Origin: Alphaproteobacteria bacterium
Lineage (GTDB): Bacteria > Pseudomonadota > Alphaproteobacteria > UBA828
NCBI GenBank assembly: GCA_963667785.2
Contig: CAXXMU010000001.1
Location: forward strand, 736,001 to 800,000
Direction of reading: 5' to 3'
Length of the DNA stretch: 64,000 nucleotides
Shown one piece after another: positions 33,349-41,701 of the stretch (position 1 is its first letter; the number at the start of each line of letters is the position of its first letter). The notes beneath the pieces are model-generated. The model did no database searches and had not been told where the DNA came from. It saw nothing but the letters and a program-made list of their open reading frames with translations. The position numbers and the translations under genes were made by a program.

Positions 33349-34579
33349 GGCTCTCCAGCCCGGCGACGGGGCCGAGCGCCGCGACCGTCGGCCGGCCTCC
33401 CTGCAGGATGCGCGCGGCGGTGCGGCGCACCGCGTCGGCGTCGATGGCGTCGACGCGCTCGATCATCTCAGCGATCGGCAGCGGCCGGCCGAACAGCAGC
33501 ATGTGGCGGCCCAGCCGCTCGGCCCTGGCCTGGGTGCTCTCCAGCGACATCAGCAGCCCCGCCTTGAGCTGGGCGCGGGCGCGGGCGACCTCGTCATCGC
33601 CCACCGCCTCGCAGGCCTTGACCAGCTCGCCCGCCATCACCGGCACGAGCTCGCCGAGCTCGGCCTCGCCGGCGCCGGCGTAGACGCCGAAGATGCCGCC
33701 GTCGGCGTAGCTGGAGGAGAAGGTGAAGACCGAATAGGCGAGGCCGCGCTTCTCCCGCACCTCCTGGAAGAGGCGCGACGACATGCCGCCGCCCAGCAGT
33801 GTCGAGAGCACCTGCAGCGTGTAGAAGTCGGGGTCGTCGTAGGCGATGCCGTCGAAGCCCAGCACCAGATGCGCCTGCTCCAGCTCGCGCGTCATGCGGC
33901 AGTCCCCGCCGCCATAGACCGCCGCCTGGGAGGCGGGCACCGGCCCGTCCGGTAGCGCCGTGAACGCGGCCTCGGCAGAGGCGACCAGCGCCTCGTGGTC
34001 GATGCGACCTGAGCCCACTAGCACCATGCGCGGCGCCCGGTAGTGGGCGCCCATGTAGGCGGCGAGCGCATCGCGCGAATAGCCGCGCACCTGCTCCGGC
34101 GGGCCGAGGATGCTGCGGCCCAAGGGCTGGTCGGGGTAGGCGGTCTCCTGAAAGCGGTCGAACACGAGGTCGTCCGGCGTGTCGTGGACCTGCGCGATCT
34201 CCTGGATGACCACGGCGCGCTCGCGCTCCAGCTCGTCCGCGTCGAAGGTGGAGTGCTGCAGGATGTCGGCCAGCAGATCGAGCGCGAGCGGCACGTCCTC
34301 CTTCATCACCTTGGCGTAATAGGCGGTGATCTCGCGCGAGGTGTAGGCGTTGAGGTGGCCGCCCACCGCCTCGATCTCCTCGGCGATGGCGCGCGCGCTG
34401 CGCCGCTCGGTGCCCTTGAAGGCCATGTGCTCCAGCAGGTGCGAGAGGCCGTTGGTCTCCTCCGTCTCGCAGCGGGCGCCGACATCGACCCAGAGGCCGA
34501 GGGAGGCGGTCTCCAGGTGATCCACCGGGTCGCTCACCACGCGGAGCCCGCTGGCGAGCGTGGCGATCTGCACGTTCAT
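33320..34579 (-). CDS. M16 (pitrilysin/MPP-like) peptidase
   Basis: HLLEHMAFKGT, LNAYTS, GGGMSSRLFQEVREKRGLAY. Confidence 0.93.
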   Translation of the reverse strand: MNVQIATLASGLRVVSDPVDHLETASLGLWVDVGARCETEETNGLSHLLEHMAFKGTERRSARAIAEEIEAVGGHLNAYTSREITAYYAKVMKEDVPLALDLLADILQHSTFDADELERERAVVIQEIAQVHDTPDDLVFDRFQETAYPDQPLGRSILGPPEQVRGYSRDALAAYMGAHYRAPRMVLVGSGRIDHEALVASAEAAFTALPDGPVPASQAAVYGGGDCRMTRELEQAHLVLGFDGIAYDDPDFYTLQVLSTLLGGGMSSRLFQEVREKRGLAYSVFTFSSSYADGGIFGVYAGAGEAELGELVPVMAGELVKACEAVGDDEVARARAQLKAGLLMSLESTQARAERLGRHMLLFGRPLPIAEMIERVDAIDADAVRRTAARILQGGRPTVAALGPVAGLESHDAITARFA

Positions 34580-35997
34580 GCCACCCGCTCCCGGGCCGGC
34601 GCGTGGACGCGGTCGCGGACGAAGCGCGCGAGCAGGCCGGCATCGACGGGCAGCTCCGTCACCCGCTCAGGCTTCGCCGCGAGCTGGGCGAGGCGGGGCG
34701 GCAGCGCCGGGCGGATGCCGACGGCGCGCTCGATGGCGTCGGGGAACTTGGCGGCATGCGCGGTGGCGAGGCAGACCATGGGCGCCGCGCCCGCGCCGTG
34801 CGCGAGGCTCCGGGCGGCGTGGACACCCGCCGCGCTGTGCGGGTCGATCATCCGGCCTGTCGTGCGCCAGACCTCGGCGATGGCGGCGAGGCAGGCGTCG
34901 TCGTCGGCGCGGCCGGCGGCGAAGCTCGCCTGCGCCTGCCGCAGCGTGGCGCCCTTGAGGGTGAAGGCGCCGTCCCGCGCAAGCTGCGCCATCAGCACCC
35001 GCACCTCAGCCCCGTCGCGGCCCGCGAGGTCCGCCAGCAGGCGCTCGAAGTTGCTCGCGACCTGGATGTCCATGCTGGGGCTCAGCGTCCGCTGCACCTC
35101 GCCCCTGGCGTAGCGGCCCGTCTCGAAGAAGCGGGCGAGGATGTCGTTCCGGTTCGTCGCCACCACCAGCCGCTCGACGGGCAGCCCCATCCGCTTCGCC
35201 GCGTAGCCGGCGTAGACGTTGCCGAAGTTCCCCGTCGGCACGGTGAAGGAGACGGCCCGCTCCGGCGCCCCCAGCGCCAGCGCCGCGTGGATGTAGTAGG
35301 CGACCTGGGCCGCGACCCGCGCCCAGTTGATCGAGTTGACGGCCGCGAGCCCGATCTCGTCCCTGAGCGCGAGGTCGGCGAAGAGCGCCTTCACCAGCGC
35401 CTGGCAGTCGTCGAAGGTGCCGGCGACGGCGACGTTGTGGACGTTGGGCTCGGCCGCGCATGTCATCTGGCGCCGCTGCATCTCGGAGACCCGGCCCGCC
35501 GGGTGCAGCACGACGATGGAGACCCGCGCAAGCCCGCGAAACGCCTCGATCGCCGCGGCGCCCGTGTCTCCCGAGGTGGCGGCGAGGATGGTCGCCGTGC
35601 GCCCCCGCCGGGCCAGCACCGCGTCCAGCATCCGCGCCACCATCTGCAGCGCGAAGTCCTTGAAGGCGAGCGTCGGCCCGTGGAAGAGCTCCTGGAGCCA
35701 GAGGTTGGGGCCGAGCTGCACCAGCGGCGCCGTCGCCGGGTGGTCGAAGCCGGCATAGCTCTCGGCCGCGATCCCGGCGAGCTCCGCGCGGGAGAAGGCG
35801 CGGCCGGCGAACCGCGCCATGACGGCCGCCGCGACGTCCGCATAAGGGCGGCCGCGCAGGCCCGCGAGCGCGCCTGAGTCGAGGGCGGGCCAGCGCTCGG
35901 GGACGTAGAGGCCGCCGTCGCGGGCGAGGCCCTGGAGCAGGGCATGCTCGAACGAGACCGTCCGGCCGTCGCTCTGCCGCGTGCTGATGTAGCGCAA
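34576..35997 (-). CDS. thrC: Threonine synthase
   Basis: RYISTR, FHGPTLAFKD (PLP Lys), ATSGDTG, NSINWAR, PTGNFG, SPSMDI. Confidence 0.96.
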   Translation of the reverse strand: MRYISTRQSDGRTVSFEHALLQGLARDGGLYVPERWPALDSGALAGLRGRPYADVAAAVMARFAGRAFSRAELAGIAAESYAGFDHPATAPLVQLGPNLWLQELFHGPTLAFKDFALQMVARMLDAVLARRGRTATILAATSGDTGAAAIEAFRGLARVSIVVLHPAGRVSEMQRRQMTCAAEPNVHNVAVAGTFDDCQALVKALFADLALRDEIGLAAVNSINWARVAAQVAYYIHAALALGAPERAVSFTVPTGNFGNVYAGYAAKRMGLPVERLVVATNRNDILARFFETGRYARGEVQRTLSPSMDIQVASNFERLLADLAGRDGAEVRVLMAQLARDGAFTLKGATLRQAQASFAAGRADDDACLAAIAEVWRTTGRMIDPHSAAGVHAARSLAHGAGAAPMVCLATAHAAKFPDAIERAVGIRPALPPRLAQLAAKPERVTELPVDAGLLARFVRDRVHAPARERVA

Positions 35998-36219
35998 GCC
36001 GCGCTCCCCCTGCTCGCCTTGTCCGCCGTGTTCGCCGGGCCGCCGGTGCGTTCCGCGCTCTCCGGCGCCCCTCCCTCACATGCCCCCACACGCGCCCCCG
36101 GTCAAGCGGGAAGGGGGGCCGGTATTGTGTGACGACCTTGCTCTGCCATGTCTTTCCCTGCAGCTCCAGAACCTAAGTCCTTGCCTCGACGTTATTCCAG
36201 CAATTGCCCTTTCGCATTC

Positions 36220-37563
36220 CTAGATTGCAATGCCTTTCAACTTTCGATAGAGGTCGAGCGCGAACCGATCTGTCATTCCTGAAATGAAGTCTGTTACTCG
36301 TAACCAACAATCGTATCGGCTAGTTACGCCGATAAATTCGCAAGTGACAAGCCGGCTGAGCATTTGCGACTTACCTGACAACTTCTCCGGGTTCCATTCC
36401 GCGTCTTCAAGGTCGTTCACAACAGGAAGAAACAACTCTAGCAAGCCTGAGATTATTTCCGATCCCGCTATTTCGATTATTGTTTTCCGCTCCGACCAAA
36501 AGATTTTTTCCTTCGCAACACGCTTCAATTTGCGAACGTCCGCGCCGTGCGGAGTATCCGCCAATAGCTCCGTTGTATACTTCCCAGCTAATAGAGAAGT
36601 TTCGTTTTCCAGAAATACATCCGATGCAGAATTTATGAGTCTACCGATGGCCTTGGCTCTTAGTTTGCCAATAACCTCGGCTTCCGCTTTGCTCTCTGGG
36701 ATGTCGTCCTCATTTGCGATAGGACTTAGCAAATCTTTGGCTTCATCAAAAGTAAGGTAACCCAACGAGTAACCGTCCTCTATATCAACGATTGCATAAC
36801 AAATATCGTCCGCCGCTTCCACAAGAAAGGCTAGCGGATGTCGGCACCAGCGAAAGTTCTGAGGATCACGGTGTACTAGACCTACTTGTGACGCAATTTT
36901 CTCGAAGTAACTTCGCTCAGATTCAAAGAAACCAATTTTCTTTTCGCCTACGTATTGATCAGCCGCCACTGCCTCAGTCTTGGACGAACGAGGATATTTA
37001 GAAAAGGTGGCGAGGGTAGCGTGTGTCAGCTGTAGACCACCATTCCAGTGGTTGTTTTCAAGTTGTGTCAATATGCGAAAACCTTGAGCATTACCTTCAA
37101 AATTCTTCAAATCATTTCTTTCAACATCCTTCATATTGTGACCAAATATTGCCTCGGATTTCTCAGGAGACTTGAACCACGTGCCTATTGCATGTTCTCC
37201 ACTATGACCAAATGGTGGGTTGCCAATATCGTGCGCGAGGCAGGCTGCTTGAACAATGTGTCCGAAGGTGTCAGAAGAAATACCTTCAGGTTTCAATTGA
37301 GAAGAGATCTTCGATCCAACAAGTGTGCCCAAAGATCTCCCAACAGACGCTACTTCTATACTGTGAGTTAGTCTAGTGTGCACATGGTCATTACTGGATA
37401 GAGGATGAACTTGTGTCTTGTGGGCAAGGCGCCTAAACGCCATGGAAAAGACGACTCGATCGAGATCTTGCTGAAACGGGCTGCGTCCAGTTTGTCGTTC
37501 CGCTTTAGAACAACATAATCTCTTTTCGCAGAGAAGTGTCTGCCAATCCATCATTCTATCCAT
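36220..37563 (-). CDS. dNTP triphosphohydrolase (dGTPase family, HD domain), low GC
   Basis: FRRLAHKTQV, TRLTHSIEV, AHDIGNPPFGHSGE, FEGNAQ, EAADDICY, DFISGMTD; GC far below the flanks. Confidence 0.92.
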   Translation of the reverse strand: MDRMMDWQTLLCEKRLCCSKAERQTGRSPFQQDLDRVVFSMAFRRLAHKTQVHPLSSNDHVHTRLTHSIEVASVGRSLGTLVGSKISSQLKPEGISSDTFGHIVQAACLAHDIGNPPFGHSGEHAIGTWFKSPEKSEAIFGHNMKDVERNDLKNFEGNAQGFRILTQLENNHWNGGLQLTHATLATFSKYPRSSKTEAVAADQYVGEKKIGFFESERSYFEKIASQVGLVHRDPQNFRWCRHPLAFLVEAADDICYAIVDIEDGYSLGYLTFDEAKDLLSPIANEDDIPESKAEAEVIGKLRAKAIGRLINSASDVFLENETSLLAGKYTTELLADTPHGADVRKLKRVAKEKIFWSERKTIIEIAGSEIISGLLELFLPVVNDLEDAEWNPEKLSGKSQMLSRLVTCEFIGVTSRYDCWLRVTDFISGMTDRFALDLYRKLKGIAI

Positions 37564-37582
37564 AAGGCGCTGTTGATCATTG

Positions 37583-38365
37583 CTACCCCCTATACCCCGC
37601 ATCCATCTGGTCCAGCATGCGCATGTAGGCCTGGAACTCGAGGGTGCCGATGTCGCCCACGTGCTGGGAGAAGGCGTCGATCTCGGCCGCCGACTTCTCC
37701 GCGATCTCGTCCGGCACGAGGCTGACCGCGCCGTTCATGGCGAGCGCGTCGACCTGCGTCCTGCAGGCGGTCTCGAGGCGATGGAGGTAGAGGAAGGCCT
37801 CCGGGATGGTCCGGCCCACGCTCACCAGCCCGTGGTTGCGGAGGATCAGCGCGCGGTTGCGGCCGAGGGCCGCCACCAGCCGCGCCTTCTCGCCCTCGCT
37901 CACGATCGCGCCCTCGTATTCGTGGTAGCCGAGCGTGCCGTGGAAGAGGGTGGCGTCCAGACTGATGGGCAGCAGCCCGCAGTCCAGCGCCGCCACCGCC
38001 ATGCCGGCGGGCGAGTGGGTGTGCATGACGCAGTGGGCCTCCGGCGCGCCGGCGTGGATCGCGCCGTGGATGGCGTAGCCGGCCGCGTTCACGGACCACT
38101 CGGTGCGGCCGACGATCTCGCCCTCCAGCGTGATCCTGACCAGGTTCGACGCCGTCACCTCGCCGTAGCGGAGCCCGTAGGGGTTGATGAGGAAGTGCCG
38201 CTCCGGCCCCGGCAGGCGCACCGTCAGGTGGCCGTAGATCGATTCGTTCCAGCCGAAATGCTCGACCAGCCGGTAGGCGGCGGCGAGCTGCACGCGGAGC
38301 TCGGCCTCGCTGGGTACGAGCTCGATGGTCCCGGCCCGTGCCGTCCCTGCTGTGGATGCGCTCAT
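37583..38365 (-). CDS. Class II aldolase/adducin family protein
   Basis: HLTVR, AGYAIHGAIH, HTH, LRNHG. Confidence 0.9.
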   Translation of the reverse strand: MSASTAGTARAGTIELVPSEAELRVQLAAAYRLVEHFGWNESIYGHLTVRLPGPERHFLINPYGLRYGEVTASNLVRITLEGEIVGRTEWSVNAAGYAIHGAIHAGAPEAHCVMHTHSPAGMAVAALDCGLLPISLDATLFHGTLGYHEYEGAIVSEGEKARLVAALGRNRALILRNHGLVSVGRTIPEAFLYLHRLETACRTQVDALAMNGAVSLVPDEIAEKSAAEIDAFSQHVGDIGTLEFQAYMRMLDQMDAGYRG

Positions 38366-38680
38366 GGCTCTCTCCTCCCCGGCCCGATCATGCCCCAGCG
38401 CGCGCGCCGAGACCATCGCCCCCCGTGGCGCCCCCCGTGGCGCGCGAGGGACTCTTCTTCCGCGCTCGCGACCCTTCGGGCGCGATCTTCATGTACCGCG
38501 CTCGTGACCTTGCAGGCACGAGCGACACCCCGGACCATGGTGCGGTGCACGGTGCGCGGCGCGGGTGCCAGGGTGGCGCCATGCAAGGCAATGACCAGCA
38601 GTGCTCGACAGGCGGCACCAGCGGGAAGGCGCGGCCTTCTTCCGCGCCGGCGCTCCCGCCCGCCGCCCGGCGCCGGCCGT

Positions 38681-38770
38681 GCCGATTTGAGCCACTTTGC
38701 GCCGCGTCGTGCCGCTTTGTGCCGGATTGTGCCGCTCAAAATAAATTATTTGCGGAGTGTGCCACTTTGC
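38681..38770. repeat. Degenerate 10-bp-period tandem array
   Basis: GCCGATTTGA GCCACTTTGC GCCGCGTCGT GCCGCTTTGT GCCGGATTGT GCCGCTCAAA, then 20 bp with an AT-rich core, then GCCACTTTGC in the same phase. Confidence 0.7.
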
Positions 38771-38787
38771 GGTCCCGCCGCCCGCGC

Positions 38788-39573
38788 CTACCCCTCGAAG
38801 CGCACCTCGGCGCTGCCGATTGGGCCGAACTCGGCGGTCACCGTGTCGCCCGGCTTGCACTGCACCACGTCCGCCGCGCTGCCGGTGGTCACGACATGGC
38901 CGGCCTCCAGCGCGAGGCCGCGGGCGCTCAGATGGTTCGCGAGCCAGACCATGACGTTCCAGGGATCGCCGAGGACGTTGGCGCCCGCTCCCTCGCTCAC
39001 CACCTCGCCGTCGATCCGCACCACGACGGGCTGGCCGGCGAGATCGTGGGCGAGGCCATCCGCCGCCGGCGGCCCGAGGCAGAGCAGGCAGCCGATGGCG
39101 TTGTCGGCGATCAGGTCGTCCGCGCGCATGGAGAGCCAGTCCGCATAGCGTGAGTCCGGCACCTCGATGGCGGGGTGGACGCTGGCGACCGCCGCCTTCA
39201 CCTCCTCCAGCGTGTAGGGCGCGTCGCGGGGGCCGAGGGCGCGGGCCATGACGAAGTCGAACTCCGCCTCGATGGCGTGGAAGTTCACGCTGTTCGCCGG
39301 CACCGTCAGCGGGCTCTCGCCCACGAAGTCGGCGAAGAGGCGGCCCGAGAAGGGGGCGTCGACGCCGAAGCGCGCCTGCACCTGCGCGTTGGTGGCGCCG
39401 ATCTTGTAGCCGGCGATGCGCAGGCCTGCGCGCGCCGCGAGCCCGTCCTGCACCGCGTAGGCGTCTTCCATCGAGCCCGGCCGGCAGTCCGCCGGCAGCG
39501 CGTCGAGCTGCGCCCGGTCCTGCCACGCCTGCCAGAGCAGCGCGCCGCCGCGCGCCGCCGACTCACGATCCAT
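38788..39573 (-). CDS. 2-keto-4-pentenoate hydratase / FAH-family protein
   Basis: DAYAVQ, GYKIGAT, EAEF, EVPDSR, ADN, TTGS. Confidence 0.87.
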   Translation of the reverse strand: MDRESAARGGALLWQAWQDRAQLDALPADCRPGSMEDAYAVQDGLAARAGLRIAGYKIGATNAQVQARFGVDAPFSGRLFADFVGESPLTVPANSVNFHAIEAEFDFVMARALGPRDAPYTLEEVKAAVASVHPAIEVPDSRYADWLSMRADDLIADNAIGCLLCLGPPAADGLAHDLAGQPVVVRIDGEVVSEGAGANVLGDPWNVMVWLANHLSARGLALEAGHVVTTGSAADVVQCKPGDTVTAEFGPIGSAEVRFEG

Positions 39574-39618
39574 GCTCTCTCTCCCTGTCCTACTTGCCCG
39601 TCGTGCCGGTCCGCCCCG

Positions 39619-40371
39619 TCAGGCCGCCGAGCGCCGCGCGCCTGCGGTCTCGATCAGGCCGAGGAAGTTGCGGAAGAGCCGGGCGCCGTTGCCGCGCAGC
39701 GTCTCCTCCTCGCGCGCGGCGTCGGCGACCATGCGTGCGAACGCGCCTGCGCCCTGCTCCCGCTCCAGCGCGGCGATGTAGTCGGGGAAGGCCTCGGTCG
39801 CCCGCACCAGCGCCGCGTCCACCTCCATGTGGAACTGCACGCCGTAGGCCGCGCCGCCGAGGCGGAAGGCCTGCACGGCGCAGGCGTCGGACGAGGCAAG
39901 CAGCGCCGCGCCGGCCGGCAGCGCGCTGACCGCGTTCAGGTGCCACTGCATGGTGAGCGGGGTCGCCGGGAGCCCGGCGAAGAGCGGATCGGCGCGGCCC
40001 TCAGCCGTCAGCGAGAATTCCAGGATGCCGATCTCGGCCCGCGCCAGCGGCCCCACGGTGCCGCCGTGGGCGTCGGCCAGAAGCTGGCAGCCGAGGCAGA
40101 CGCCGAGCACCGGCAGCCCGCTCGCCACCGCGTCCCGCAGCAGCGCCTTCTCGGGCCCGAGCCAGGGATGGAGACGCTCCTCGTCCGCCTGCTGCGGGCC
40201 GCCCATGGCGAGCACGGCAGCGAAGCCCTCCGGCGACGACGGCAGCGGTTCGCCCCGCCAGGGATCGCAGGCACGCCAGGCGATGCCCGTCTCCTCCATC
40301 ACCTCGCCGAAGACACCCGGAACGTCGATCGCCGAATGCTGGAGGACGAGGACCGGAGCCGGCTGCGCCAT
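39619..40371 (-). CDS. Class I glutamine amidotransferase-like protein
   Basis: GGP, LGVCLGCQLLA, QWH, QFHME. Confidence 0.88.
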   Translation of the reverse strand: MAQPAPVLVLQHSAIDVPGVFGEVMEETGIAWRACDPWRGEPLPSSPEGFAAVLAMGGPQQADEERLHPWLGPEKALLRDAVASGLPVLGVCLGCQLLADAHGGTVGPLARAEIGILEFSLTAEGRADPLFAGLPATPLTMQWHLNAVSALPAGAALLASSDACAVQAFRLGGAAYGVQFHMEVDAALVRATEAFPDYIAALEREQGAGAFARMVADAAREEETLRGNGARLFRNFLGLIETAGARRSAA

Positions 40372-40374
40372 TCC

Positions 40375-41517
40375 CTACCAGAGCCGGTCCGAGGCCAGCG
40401 CCGCGCCCTCGGCGAGCGTGCGCAGCTTGGCGTAGCAGATCGCCGGGTCGATCTTGCCGAAGCCGGCGAAGGTGGCGAAGCCGCAATCGGCGCCGGCGAG
40501 CACGCGCTCGCGGCCGACGATGTCGGCGAAGCGGCAGATGCGCTCCGCCACCAGCCCCGGGTGCTCGACGAAGTTGGAGACCGAATCGATGACGCCGGGA
40601 ATCAGCACCTTGTCCTCGGGCACGCCGCGCTCGGCGAAGACGGACCATTCGTGGGCGTGGCGCGGGTTGGCGGCCTCGAAGGAAATCGCCTGCGGCTTCG
40701 CCTTCATCACCACGTCGTAGATGGCGCCGAGCTCGACGTCGCAGACATGGGGCCCCTCGTAGTTGCCCCAGCAGAGGTGGAGCCGCGCCGCCTCGGCGGG
40801 GATGGTCGCGAGCGCCGCGTTCAGTGCCTCCACCTGGCGTTCGGCGTGGGCGACGAAGGCGCTCTCGCTCTCGTCCGCGTACATGGTGTGGCGGCCCATG
40901 GCGAGGTCGGGGCAGTCGAGCTGGATCACGAAGCCCGCCGCGTGGATCGCCTCGTACTCGGCCCGCATCACCTCTGCGAGCGCCTCCAGGTAGGCGTCCT
41001 CGCCGGGGTAGTGGCGGTTCGGCTGGAACACCGAGATGACGCCCGGGGAGGCCGCGTTCATGAAGCCTTCCGCCGCGCCGGCGCCCTGGAGCGCCGCGGC
41101 CATGTTGGCGAGGTCCTTCTCCAGCGGCGCTTCATCCCTGATGCCGATCTCGCCCGTGCACATGGCGCGCTTGATCTTCGGCGTCTGGCCCTGGGCGGCG
41201 ATGCGCTGCACGTAGTCCGGGTAGAGCGCGAGGTCCGCCGGCACCCGGCGCGGGCTGTCGCCGGAGAAGCCGTGCAGCCGGTCCTTGATGTAGGTGGAAT
41301 AGCCGATCTTGCTCATCTCGCCGTCGGAGACGATGTCGACCCCGGCATCGACCTGCTGGCGCACCACGTCGGCCACGGCGCGCCTCATGCAGGCGTCGAA
41401 CGCACCCTGGTCGGCAAGCGTGCCGTCCTCCTTGGCGAGCAGCATGTCGGAGACGTCCGGCGGCCTGGGCAGGCTGCCGACATGGGTCGTGAGCACGCGC
41501 TCGGTGCTGAGCTTCAT
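40375..41517 (-). CDS. Cobalamin-independent methionine synthase II / epoxyalkane:CoM-transferase-like protein (C-terminal MetE domain only)
   Basis: TTHVGSLPRP, SDGE, HLCWGNYEG (Zn His/Cys), EAANPRH, ADCGF. Confidence 0.88.
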   Translation of the reverse strand: MKLSTERVLTTHVGSLPRPPDVSDMLLAKEDGTLADQGAFDACMRRAVADVVRQQVDAGVDIVSDGEMSKIGYSTYIKDRLHGFSGDSPRRVPADLALYPDYVQRIAAQGQTPKIKRAMCTGEIGIRDEAPLEKDLANMAAALQGAGAAEGFMNAASPGVISVFQPNRHYPGEDAYLEALAEVMRAEYEAIHAAGFVIQLDCPDLAMGRHTMYADESESAFVAHAERQVEALNAALATIPAEAARLHLCWGNYEGPHVCDVELGAIYDVVMKAKPQAISFEAANPRHAHEWSVFAERGVPEDKVLIPGVIDSVSNFVEHPGLVAERICRFADIVGRERVLAGADCGFATFAGFGKIDPAICYAKLRTLAEGAALASDRLW

Positions 41518-41701
41518 GCCGTCCCCCACCCCTCTCCGCAAGCGGAGAGGGCATACGTGGAATACCGCCGGACTATAGCGGATGGCCCCGCCCGCCGCGA
41601 CCTTGCAGCCCCCGCCGGCCCTCGTTCCCGCCCGCCGGTCTTGACCGGCATCCGGGGCAGGCGTAACCCGTCGCCAGCAACCGGCGGGATCGGGCAGCGA
41701 C

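Noticed and set aside
36060-37620. Direct repeats or att sites around the dGTPase
   Set aside because: Only weak G-run similarity between the flanks; not supportable
38681-38770. Sigma-54 promoter or CRISPR reading of the GGCAC-rich array
   Set aside because: No TTGC at the -12 spacing; the repeats are 10 bp with no spacers and no cas genes
41518-41700. Possible SAM or cobalamin riboswitch upstream of the MetE-like gene
   Set aside because: No recognisable aptamer consensus; a likely -10 (rc GCTATAGT) leaves only a short leader with one hairpin
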